Source: Chloroflexota bacterium
Lineage (GTDB): Bacteria; Chloroflexota; UBA5177
DNA length: 64,000 nt
Reading direction: 5' to 3'
NCBI GenBank assembly: GCA_036752825.1
Contig: DAIORV010000005.1
Span: 6,641-70,640, forward strand
Each line of letters starts with the position of its first letter. Position 1 is the stretch's first letter. Made by a program: the position numbers and the translations under genes. The notes below the pieces were generated by a model, which saw only the letters and a list, made by a program, of their open reading frames with translations, was not told the DNA's origin and made no database searches. Positions 7,333 through 15,902 of the stretch are shown piece by piece.

Positions 7333-9012
7333 GTGACCGAGCCCATTCAGATGACTTCGCCGCAGGGAGGCAGCTCAGCTTCCGGCTTCAGAGCCGGCGA
7401 AATCACCACCGTGAACTGCGGGCGATGCAAGAAGTCGCAGCTACCCTGGAATCTACGAGCTTTTGGCGACAAGCAGGTCTGCGGTGAATGCTATGCCGCG
7501 ACCCTGGAGCTTGCCACCGCTGCCATAAAGGCGACAAAGATCGAGCCGGGCCGCGCCTGTTCAAACTGCCGGGCGATGAAGGAACCGCGCTTTGGCAGCG
7601 CCTGGTGCAAGATTACCGAGCTTGGCGACGAGCGAGCGCTGATCTGCGCCAACTTTGTCTCCGTCCAGGTAGAGGCGGCGCGAGTTCAGATGGCAGGACC
7701 GCGGGTGCAGGCCATCGATGTCTGGCACGCGGTCGCCGACCTGCTCCGAGCGACTGTCGGTCAAGCCAATTACGACCATTGGTTCGCTCAGATCGAGGCC
7801 GTCGAGATCACGGACGGATCCCTGATCCTTGCCGTCCCCGATGAGTTCACGCGTGAGTGGTTGAGCCAGAAACTGTCTGGAGTCGTTCGGCACGCTCTGT
7901 CGTCCGCCGGCCATCCCGACCTCTCTCCGGACTACGTCGTTGAAGCCGTGGCCGCACGGGTCGAGACTGGCCCAAGCACCGACGAAATCAAGGCGCGAGC
8001 CGGGTTCGTTCCTCACTACACCTTTGCGGACTTCGTGGTGGGGCCCGAGAACCGTCTGGCCCAAGCCGGCGCCGTGGCCTGCGCCGAGAGCTGCGGAACG
8101 GCCTACAACCCGCTGGTCCTCTATGGCGGAGCCGGCGTCGGGAAGACGCATCTGCTCCAGGCGATTGGTCAGCAGGTGATCGATTCTGGGAACAGCAACG
8201 TCATCTACGCGACCTCGGAGGCGTTCACCAACGAGCTGATCGCGGCCATCCGAGACGGTAGCACTCAGCAGTTTCGCCAACGCTACCGGAGCGTCGATTA
8301 TCTCCTGCTCGACGACATTCAATTCATCACCGGCAAGGAGGCGACTCAGGAAGAGTTCTTCCATACCTTCAATGCTCTTCAGCAGGCAGGCAAGCAGATA
8401 GCGATTAGCTGCGACCGCCCTCCCTCCGAGCTCAAAGTGCTGGCATCTCGCTTGCGCTCACGCTTTGAATCGGGTCTTCTGGCCGAGATGCACCCGCCGG
8501 ATTACGCCACCCGCCTCGCCATATTCCGAGCGAAGGCGGCGCTCCGCAACAGAAGTGTTCCCGACAGCGTTCTGACCGCGCTTGCCACCAGGGCAGGTCA
8601 GAACGTTCGCGAGCTGGAAGGTGCCCTCAACAGGGTGCTCGCGCTGGCGGATCTGATGGGCGTTGAGCCGGGCACCGACATCTTGAGCGCCGTGCTTGGC
8701 GACCGGGAGACCAAGCCGGATGGCTGCCGTCCGTCGGACATCCTCCAAGCCGTGTCCGTGTACTACCGCGTCACCGCTTCCGATCTGGCCGGACAGCAGC
8801 GGGAGCGAAAAATATCGTATGCTCGACAAATGGCCATGTACCTGCTTCGCGAAGAGGCCAATCTCTCGCTAGTCGAGATCGGCCAGGAGCTCGGAGGCCG
8901 CAATCACAGCACCGTCATTTACGGGTGCGATCGCGTCGCCGAGCAGAAGAACACGGGACGCGTCAAAGACGACCTCCACGCCCTGCGCCAGCTGGTCTAC
9001 GGATCTCGGTAG
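7333..9012 (+). CDS. dnaA: Chromosomal replication initiator DnaA with an unusual ~120-aa Cys-rich N-terminal extension (GTG start; canonical DnaA would begin at ATG 7690)
   Basis: Domain I (IDVWHAVADLL...WFAQIE), the AAA+ Walker A (GGAGVGKTHLL) and the C-terminal DNA-binding domain are all present. An in-frame, coding-like upstream segment carries CxxC...CxxC...CxxC...C...C, and AAGGGG precedes the GTG at 7333. Confidence 0.9.
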   Translation: MTEPIQMTSPQGGSSASGFRAGEITTVNCGRCKKSQLPWNLRAFGDKQVCGECYAATLELATAAIKATKIEPGRACSNCRAMKEPRFGSAWCKITELGDERALICANFVSVQVEAARVQMAGPRVQAIDVWHAVADLLRATVGQANYDHWFAQIEAVEITDGSLILAVPDEFTREWLSQKLSGVVRHALSSAGHPDLSPDYVVEAVAARVETGPSTDEIKARAGFVPHYTFADFVVGPENRLAQAGAVACAESCGTAYNPLVLYGGAGVGKTHLLQAIGQQVIDSGNSNVIYATSEAFTNELIAAIRDGSTQQFRQRYRSVDYLLLDDIQFITGKEATQEEFFHTFNALQQAGKQIAISCDRPPSELKVLASRLRSRFESGLLAEMHPPDYATRLAIFRAKAALRNRSVPDSVLTALATRAGQNVRELEGALNRVLALADLMGVEPGTDILSAVLGDRETKPDGCRPSDILQAVSVYYRVTASDLAGQQRERKISYARQMAMYLLREEANLSLVEIGQELGGRNHSTVIYGCDRVAEQKNTGRVKDDLHALRQLVYGSR

Positions 9013-9034
9013 GAAGTCTTAACCGCGAAATGAT

Positions 9035-10093
9035 CTAAGGTCGCAGGTCGACGTCGCTGTCCAGATCCTGGACGAAGCGTGTCAGGATGGTCACTGCCGC
9101 ATCCACGTCCTCTGTTGACAGGACCTCCGAGGCGGTATGAAGGTACCGCGTGGGAATACTCATGATCCCGACGGCCATTCCGTTCCGGCTCATCTGCATC
9201 ACATTGCCGTCCGTCGGCGAGCCCGTCGCGTAAACATCGAGCTGGTAGGGTGCTCCCTCGGCCTCGGCGGCTGCCACCAGCCGTTCGAATACTCTCGGAT
9301 TGGTGTTGATGCCCCGGAAGATCGCCGGGCCTGCCCCCACCTTGATGTCTCCCAGCTCCGTTTTGGACGACTGCGGGTGATCGGTGGTCCACGTCACCTC
9401 GAGCGCGATGCCGATCTGTGCATCAGACGTGTATGACGTGACTCGTGCACCGCGTAGACCGATCTCCTCCTGCACGCTGCTCGCCGCGAATACGCTCGCC
9501 TTCAGCTCCGCCTGCGAGAGGTTGCGACAGGTCTCCGCCACGATGTAGCAGCCCACGCGATCGTCCATCGAGTTCGAGGTCACCAGGTTGCCGTGCAGCC
9601 GCTCCATACCGGTCGCGCGTCCCCCGGCATCTCCCACTCGCACCAGCGTCTCGGCCTCTTCACGATCCTTCGCGCCGATGTCGATCCACATGCCCTTGAT
9701 CTCGGGTGCCTTTTTCCGCTCCTCGGCGTCCACCAGATGAACCGGCTTGCGGCCAATGACGCCCGCAACCGGACCGTCCTTGCCCACGATCCGGACCCGA
9801 TTGCCCGCCAGCGTGGATGCATCAAACCCGCCGATGCAGTGGAAGTAGAGAAACCCGTTATCGTCGATGTACTTGACCTGGAAGCCGATCTCGTCGATAT
9901 GTGCATCGAGCATCACTCGTGGCGTGCCGGCAGGGTTGAAGACCGCTATTGCATTCCCTAGCGAGTCCAGCTCGAGTGTGGCAGCAGCGTCACGCACCCG
10001 ATCGCACCACACCTTCTGCGTCTCGGATTCATACCCCGATGGACCTGTCGTCTCCACGAGCCGTCTGAAAAAGGCGAACTGATCGTCATCCAT
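9035..10093 (-). CDS. M42 family metallopeptidase (glutamyl aminopeptidase/FrvX-like)
   Basis: The full-length match is to M42 peptidases (HIDEIGF..., metal-binding D/E/H residues). Confidence 0.85.
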   Translation of the reverse strand: MDDDQFAFFRRLVETTGPSGYESETQKVWCDRVRDAAATLELDSLGNAIAVFNPAGTPRVMLDAHIDEIGFQVKYIDDNGFLYFHCIGGFDASTLAGNRVRIVGKDGPVAGVIGRKPVHLVDAEERKKAPEIKGMWIDIGAKDREEAETLVRVGDAGGRATGMERLHGNLVTSNSMDDRVGCYIVAETCRNLSQAELKASVFAASSVQEEIGLRGARVTSYTSDAQIGIALEVTWTTDHPQSSKTELGDIKVGAGPAIFRGINTNPRVFERLVAAAEAEGAPYQLDVYATGSPTDGNVMQMSRNGMAVGIMSIPTRYLHTASEVLSTEDVDAAVTILTRFVQDLDSDVDLRP

Positions 10094-10101
10094 ACGTGTA
10101 G

Positions 10102-10314
10102 TTATCTCCCCGTCCCTTGTTTTCGCTGGCTTGAGCCCTCACAACTATAGGTGCACCCCGAAAGTGGAACCAAAGTAGGGAGGTTGCGATCGACGACGCC
10201 GAGTGGACGTGAGTGCGAAATGGTCAGGAGCGGCTGAGAGTGTGGCCGGTTGACAGTGCCCAACACCAGAAACCAGGCAACGAGCAGAGCTCCCGCAACC
10301 CGGCCTCGCGTCAC
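10102..10314 (-). CDS. Possible small membrane protein (70 aa) translationally coupled to the upstream HIT gene
   Basis: The GTG start overlaps the HIT stop as GTGA, and the N-terminus has a TM-like stretch (VAGALLVAWFLVLGTV). The ORF fills the entire HIT-to-M42 gap. GC3 bias is only moderate. Confidence 0.3.
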   Translation of the reverse strand: MTRGRVAGALLVAWFLVLGTVNRPHSQPLLTISHSRPLGVVDRNLPTLVPLSGCTYSCEGSSQRKQGTGR

Positions 10315-10808
10315 GAAGAACTGCTGTGTCTGGCGAATCCTTCACGAAGCTTCAGAGCAGTGGCTGTCAGCAGCTCCGGCATTACCTTGGCATCTGCCAG
10401 GACCGGCATGAAGTTCGTGTCGCCGCCCCAGCGAGGCACCAGATGCAGATGGATGTGGTCCGCGATCCCAGCGCCCGCCGCCTTCCCCTGATTGACTCCC
10501 AGGTTGAAGCCCTCGGGATGCATCACCTCGTTGAAGACCAGCATGGCGAGCTGCGACGTGGCGAAAAGCTCGCGCCCCGTTTCTTCGTCGATCTCGGAGA
10601 AGTCTCCGGTGTGCAGATAGGGCACGATCAGCAGATGCCCGGAGTTGTACGGGTACAGATTGAGGAGCGCGAAGCAGCGATCTCCTCTGTGGATGACGTA
10701 GTTGTCGTTGTCCTTGTCCTCATGCGCCTTGACGCAAAACACGCAGCCGTGAACAGGCTGGGCTTCGTTGAGATACGCCATGCGCCACGGCGCCCACAGC
10801 TGCTTCAT
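10311..10808 (-). CDS. HIT-family nucleotide hydrolase/transferase (GalT-like branch)
   Basis: CVFC ... HIHLHLVP (HxHxH) histidine-triad motif. Confidence 0.85.
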   Translation of the reverse strand: MKQLWAPWRMAYLNEAQPVHGCVFCVKAHEDKDNDNYVIHRGDRCFALLNLYPYNSGHLLIVPYLHTGDFSEIDEETGRELFATSQLAMLVFNEVMHPEGFNLGVNQGKAAGAGIADHIHLHLVPRWGGDTNFMPVLADAKVMPELLTATALKLREGFARHSSSS

Positions 10809-10829
10809 GGGACCTACTCTCCAACGTCA

Positions 10830-11675
10830 GTGATTATAGAGTGGGCGTTCGCTACAATCTGGAACGATTCGGCCAGAAAGGCAACACTCATACCCGGTTC
10901 CGATGGCGATCCCGAGACCGTCTCGTTGTCGATCGTGATCCCGGCCTACAACGAGGCGAGGCGTCTTCCCAGCACGATTCGTCGCCTTAGAGAGTATCTG
11001 GGCGGGCAGGACTATTCGTGGGAGATCATCGTCGTCGCGAACGGGTGCACTGACGGCACCGCCGGTACTGTTCGCGGGCTTCAAACCGAGCCCCAGACGA
11101 TTCGTTTGCTCGAGCTCGAGCAACGAGGCAAGGGCCTTGCCGCGCGGTCCGGAGCGCTGGCCTCGTGCGGAGATGTCGTATTCCTGTGCGACGCGGACCT
11201 TTCGATGCCTCCCGAGCGCCTGGAAACCTTTATGCAGGTCATCGAATGTGCCGACGTGGTTGCCGGGTCTCGCGAGGCGCACGGCGCACGCAGGTTCGAA
11301 GAGCCGTGGCACCGTCACGTCATGGGACGGGTGTTCAATCGACTCGTTCAGCTCGTGGCCGTTCCCGGCATTCACGATACCCAGTGTGGTTTCAAAGCGT
11401 TCAGGCGCGGAGCTGCTCTCGATCTTTTCGGACAGCAAACAGTTGTCGGGTGGGGGTTCGACGTCGAGCTCCTTTTCCTGGCCCGCCGCTACGGCTACGT
11501 TGTCGAAGAGCTTGGCATCGACTGGTTCTTCGATGCGGACACCCGCGTTCGTCCTGGCATCGACACTCTCCAAATGCTCCGCGAATTGATCGCTATTCGA
11601 CTTCGCAATCTCCGAGGACAATACCGCGCTGCCGGCGTTACTCAGCCGACTCCCCGAGACTCTTCGCGTGCCTGA
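10830..11675 (+). CDS. Family 2 glycosyltransferase (polyprenyl-phosphate sugar transferase-like, DPM1/ArnC type)
   Basis: LSIVIPAYNEARRL, the DxD-like CDADLS, and the GT2 fold. The start is uncertain between GTG 10830 and a TTG near 10927. The long in-frame upstream extension overlaps the HIT gene and is not coding. Confidence 0.75.
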   Translation: MIIEWAFATIWNDSARKATLIPGSDGDPETVSLSIVIPAYNEARRLPSTIRRLREYLGGQDYSWEIIVVANGCTDGTAGTVRGLQTEPQTIRLLELEQRGKGLAARSGALASCGDVVFLCDADLSMPPERLETFMQVIECADVVAGSREAHGARRFEEPWHRHVMGRVFNRLVQLVAVPGIHDTQCGFKAFRRGAALDLFGQQTVVGWGFDVELLFLARRYGYVVEELGIDWFFDADTRVRPGIDTLQMLRELIAIRLRNLRGQYRAAGVTQPTPRDSSRA

Positions 11676-12474
11676 CGCGCGTCCGATAGGAGTGTTCGAC
11701 TCCGGCGTGGGTGGTCTGACAGTACTGCAGGCTCTCCAGCGGAGACTTCCCAACGAGTCAACGGTGTACTTCGGTGACCTGGCTCGTTGCCCGTACGGGC
11801 CGAGAGCGCAGACCGAGGTACGGGAGTTCACGATCCAGATCGGCGATTTCCTCGCCGAGCGGGATATCAAGCTACTGGTGGTCGCCTGTAACACGGCGAC
11901 CGCCGCGGCTTTCGATGCACTGCTGGGCAGGTACCCCTTCCCCGTCATCGGGGTGATAGCGCCCGGCGCCCGAGCGGCGGCGCTCACGACGTCACACGGC
12001 CGGATCGGCGTTATTGCGACCAACGGCACCGTGGAGAGTGAAGCATATCCGAGAGCTATCAAGGGCGAGCTCTCCGACGCCTTCGTGGTTCAGCAAGCGG
12101 CGTCCTGGCTGGTTCCGATCATCGAACGCGGCGCAATCGCTCGACCCGATGTTGCTCGGGAGCTCTTACCGCACATGGAGGAATTCCGCCGATCCGGAAT
12201 CGATACGCTGATCCTCGGCTGCACCCACTTTCCGCTGGTCGAAGATATCTTCCGTGCCGAGGTGGGACCTGGCATTGAGGTCATAGATTCGGCGGTCACT
12301 ACCGCTCTCGAGGTGCAAGCAGAGCTCTGGGAACGCGGTCTATTGAGCACCGGTCCGGCCAAGAGTCGGTTCCTTGTCACCGGCCCGGCGGAAGCCTTTG
12401 CAGAGACGGCGCAAGCCATGTTCCGGTCCTCGCTGCCCATCGAGTCGGTGGACCTGGCGTCCAGCGTCCGCTAG
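11668..12474 (+). CDS. murI: Glutamate racemase
   Basis: IGVFDSGVGGLTV ... VVACNTATA ... LGCTHFP are MurI motifs. Confidence 0.95.
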   Translation: MPDARPIGVFDSGVGGLTVLQALQRRLPNESTVYFGDLARCPYGPRAQTEVREFTIQIGDFLAERDIKLLVVACNTATAAAFDALLGRYPFPVIGVIAPGARAAALTTSHGRIGVIATNGTVESEAYPRAIKGELSDAFVVQQAASWLVPIIERGAIARPDVARELLPHMEEFRRSGIDTLILGCTHFPLVEDIFRAEVGPGIEVIDSAVTTALEVQAELWERGLLSTGPAKSRFLVTGPAEAFAETAQAMFRSSLPIESVDLASSVR

Positions 12475-12484
12475 GTTCCGCCTC

Positions 12485-13303
12485 ATGGTTGGCCGGCGCA
12501 GACTGGATGCCGAGGTCGTCGAGCGGGGTCTCGCCGACACTCGCGCCCGCGCCCAGGCAATGATCCTCGGTGGTGGAGTAACCGTCGAAGGCGAGATCAT
12601 CAGCAAGCCCTCACATCCCGTCGAAGCGGGAGCTCGGATAGCTCTGGTCCGCGAACCGATGCCCTTCGTGAGCCGCGGCGGCCTGAAGCTTCGTCACGCC
12701 CTCGATGTCTTCGATCTCGATGTCACGGGCCGCGTCGCGGTCGACGTGGGCGCGTCCACCGGCGGCTTCACCGATGTTCTGTTGCAGGCCGGTGCGATGC
12801 GTGTATACGCCATTGACGTAGGGTACGGACAGCTCGCCTGGACCCTGCGCAATGATCCACGCGTGATCGTTATGGAGCGCACGAACATCCGCAACCTGGA
12901 GCTCCTTCCGGAGCCGGCATCGATCGCTGCACTGGATGTGTCATTCATTTCTCTCCGCACCGTCCTCCCGCCGATTGAGAAGCTTCTCGAGGCGCGCTCG
13001 GACGTCGTTGCCCTGATCAAGCCGCAGTTCGAGGCCGGCAAAGATCGCGTCGGAAAGAAGGGCGTTGTTCGAGATCCCGCGGTCTGGCGGGATGTGATCG
13101 AGTCGGTGCTCACGTTTGCGGAATCCCGTGATTGGCATGTGCGTGGCCTGGTTCGATCGCCGATAACAGGCCCGGCCGGTAACGTGGAATTCCTCACGCA
13201 TCTGTCTCGAGAAGGTCAAGAAACGAACGCCGACGCGCAGTCTCTAATTGAAGCCGCGCTCACGCCGCCGCCCGAAGAAGAGCCTAAGTCACGAGTAAAC
13301 TGA
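12485..13303 (+). CDS. tlyA: TlyA family rRNA (cytidine-2'-O)-methyltransferase
   Basis: The protein has an S4-like N-terminus (RLDAEVVERGLADTRARAQAMI) and an FtsJ-like MTase motif (VDVGASTGGFTD). The ATG is at 12485. Confidence 0.9.
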   Translation: MVGRRRLDAEVVERGLADTRARAQAMILGGGVTVEGEIISKPSHPVEAGARIALVREPMPFVSRGGLKLRHALDVFDLDVTGRVAVDVGASTGGFTDVLLQAGAMRVYAIDVGYGQLAWTLRNDPRVIVMERTNIRNLELLPEPASIAALDVSFISLRTVLPPIEKLLEARSDVVALIKPQFEAGKDRVGKKGVVRDPAVWRDVIESVLTFAESRDWHVRGLVRSPITGPAGNVEFLTHLSREGQETNADAQSLIEAALTPPPEEEPKSRVN

Positions 13304-13304
13304 C

Positions 13305-14177
13305 GTGACTATGTCCAGTCCCCTCGATCTATCGACCCACGCGCAAGCCATGCCAAGACTTCGTCAGGCCGCCATCCTCTATCACCCCATGCGTCCCAGG
13401 GCGCACGAAGAGGCGACCTGGCTACAGGGCGAGCTCGAGCAGGCAGGCGTCAGAACCTTGCTGGCTGACGGTTGGCAGGACGGAATTGTCGAACAGATTT
13501 GTAAGGATCAGGACCTCGTCGTCGCCTTCGGGGGCGACGGCACCATCATTCGCGTCACCCGGCTGGCCGCCAGTCAGCAAGTGCCTATCCTTGGCGTCAA
13601 CCTCGGCAGAATTGGCTTTCTTGCCGAAATCACCCCCGATCTCCTGCATGGTCGTGTGGAGGCCCTGGTAGAGGGTAAGTTCTGGCTTGAGCGTCGGTCC
13701 TTGCTCGAAGCCGAGTGGCTGCGGGGCGGCGAGAGCTTCCGCTACACCTGCGTCAATGAAGTCGCGGTTGCCCGCGGACCGGCGCCGCGAGCGGTTCAAG
13801 TGCGCACGTTTCTCGACGGAGAGGAGTTCATCGTGTACACGGCCGACGGAGTCCTGGTGGCAACGGCGACCGGCTCGACGGCTTATTCTCTGGCGGCCGG
13901 CGGTCCGATACTCTACCCAGAGTCCCCCGATTTTCTGATTACTCCGGTCGCTCCGCACCTTCACATTGGCCGCTCGGTTATCGTGCCCGGAGACTCGACG
14001 GTGACCCTGCAGGCGGACTCAGAACGCCCAGCCGTCATGAGCGTGGATGGCCAGGACGAGCGCTCACTGGGCCCTGGAGATGTGGTCAACGTGCGGCGCA
14101 GCGAGCTCTTCGCGACCTTTGTGCGCATGGGTCCTAGGCATTACTTTTACGACGCTCTCGCCGATCGGCTGAGATAG
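13305..14177 (+). CDS. nadK: NAD(+) kinase
   Basis: GGDGTIIRV ... NEVAV are NadK motifs. The tlyA-nadK-recN order is conserved. Confidence 0.9.
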   Translation: MTMSSPLDLSTHAQAMPRLRQAAILYHPMRPRAHEEATWLQGELEQAGVRTLLADGWQDGIVEQICKDQDLVVAFGGDGTIIRVTRLAASQQVPILGVNLGRIGFLAEITPDLLHGRVEALVEGKFWLERRSLLEAEWLRGGESFRYTCVNEVAVARGPAPRAVQVRTFLDGEEFIVYTADGVLVATATGSTAYSLAAGGPILYPESPDFLITPVAPHLHIGRSVIVPGDSTVTLQADSERPAVMSVDGQDERSLGPGDVVNVRRSELFATFVRMGPRHYFYDALADRLR

Positions 14178-14186
14178 CGCTCCACC

Positions 14187-15902
14187 ATGCTGGTAGAGCT
14201 GTCCATCGAGAACTTTGCCATCATCGACCGCCTTCAGGTCCGGTTTGATGCGGGTTTCACCGTCATCACTGGAGAAACCGGAGCAGGCAAGTCGATCATC
14301 GTCGACGCTCTGCAGGCCGCTCTCGGAGGGCGTGTCTCGAGCGATCTGGTTCGAACCGGCGCTCGGCTCGCGGCTGTCGACGCCACATTCGAGCTTGGCG
14401 ACGTAGGAGCCGAACCAGAGTTTCGCTCGCTGCTCGAGGACCTTGGCGTCTCAGGCGACGAGGGCCTAATTCTGAGGCGAGAGATCGGTTCGACGGGCAG
14501 AGGCTCGGCACGAGTGAACGGTCGCGCGATGCCGATCTCTACGCTCGCCGCCCTCGGGCAGTTCCTCGTCGACATTCACGGACAATCCGAACATCTATCC
14601 GTGTTGCGAAGGGATAGACAGCTCGAGCTGCTCGATCGTTACGGCCGCTTGATGCCGCAACGCCAGGAGGTCTCGGCCGCCATCGACGAATACTCCCGCG
14701 CGAGGCGGGAGGTCGCGATTCTGGAAGGGAGCCGCCGCGAGTCCGAGCAGCGCCTCGACCTGCTTAGATTTCAAGCCGGCGAGATCGAGGCTGCCCGGTT
14801 GACCAGCGGGGAAGACGAGGCTCTCGCCGCGGAGCGCAATCTCCTCGTAAACGCGGAGCGACTGGCCCTGCTTGCCGCTGAGGCTCGTGAAGCTCTAGAC
14901 GGCGAGCAGTCGGGCGCCGGCAATGCCCTGAGCTCAGCTCTTCACCAGATGCGCGAGTTGGCGGGGATCGATCCAGAAACTCTGCAAATCAGCGACCGCC
15001 TGGAGAGCATCTCGATCGAAGTTCAAGACCTCGCCCAGGATCTTAGACGGTACCTTGAAAGCGTTGAACAAGACCCCGCGCGCCTGGCGTTTGTCGACGA
15101 GCGCCTTGACCTCATCCACCGTCTTCAGCGGAAGTATGGGTCGACTATCGATGAGGTCATGGCCTTCGGCGTGAGGACAAACGCTGAGGTGCAGGACATC
15201 GAGAGCTTTGACGAGAGGCTCGACGACGCACGGCGCCTGGCCACGGACGCTGAGGACAGAGCAGGAGCCCTTGCCGAAGATCTCTCGACGAGCAGGCACG
15301 AGGCGGCTGAGAAGCTCACCAGCTGCATGCGCGAGGCCCTGCAGGGTCTCGGCTTGGTGAGAACCGATTTCAGGGCCGATGTCGTCCAAGTCGAGGATGA
15401 CGGCGGTCTAAGGATCCCAGGACAGAATCGCCGCTTCAGGTCGTCTCCTACCGGGCTGGACACCGTCTTCTTCCTAGCGTCGTTCAATCCGGGTGAGGAG
15501 ATGCATCCTATCGAGCGCGTGGCTTCGGGTGGTGAGACCTCACGCTTTCTTCTCGCTCTCAAGAGCGTGCTGGCAGACGCGGACGCCACTCCGACCCTGA
15601 TCTTCGACGAAGCGGATGTAGGCGTCGGCGGCCGGCACGGAGCCGTAGTCGGCGAGCGTTTGCGCGAACTTGCCCGCAACCGGCAGGTACTGTCTATCAC
15701 TCACCTTGCTCAAGTCGCGGCCCTCGGCGATCATCATCTGACCGTGCAGAAGGCAGTCATCGATGGTCGAACAACAGCTCTCGTAACGGAGGTCGAGTCC
15801 CAAGATCGCGTGCGTGAGATCGCGGAAATGATCAGCGGTACCGAAACCGAGACGGCGTTGAGCAATGCGCGAGAGCTGCTGGAGCGCGCCTCGCTGGCCT
15901 AG
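14187..15902 (+). CDS. recN: DNA repair protein RecN
   Basis: MLVELSIENFAIIDRLQVRF..GFTVITGETGAGKSI is the SMC-like head, with the C-terminal signature and Walker B present. Confidence 0.95.
   Translation: MLVELSIENFAIIDRLQVRFDAGFTVITGETGAGKSIIVDALQAALGGRVSSDLVRTGARLAAVDATFELGDVGAEPEFRSLLEDLGVSGDEGLILRREIGSTGRGSARVNGRAMPISTLAALGQFLVDIHGQSEHLSVLRRDRQLELLDRYGRLMPQRQEVSAAIDEYSRARREVAILEGSRRESEQRLDLLRFQAGEIEAARLTSGEDEALAAERNLLVNAERLALLAAEAREALDGEQSGAGNALSSALHQMRELAGIDPETLQISDRLESISIEVQDLAQDLRRYLESVEQDPARLAFVDERLDLIHRLQRKYGSTIDEVMAFGVRTNAEVQDIESFDERLDDARRLATDAEDRAGALAEDLSTSRHEAAEKLTSCMREALQGLGLVRTDFRADVVQVEDDGGLRIPGQNRRFRSSPTGLDTVFFLASFNPGEEMHPIERVASGGETSRFLLALKSVLADADATPTLIFDEADVGVGGRHGAVVGERLRELARNRQVLSITHLAQVAALGDHHLTVQKAVIDGRTTALVTEVESQDRVREIAEMISGTETETALSNARELLERASLA

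Noticed and set aside
10326-10829. Long N-terminal extension of the GT2 ORF (449 aa in the ORF track)
   Set aside because: It is fully antisense to the HIT gene. The GT2 conserved N-terminus (IVIPAYNE) begins ~30 codons after 10830.
10827-12062. 411-aa minus-strand ORF
   Set aside because: It overlaps the well-supported GT2 and murI genes on the opposite strand and has no recognisable domains.
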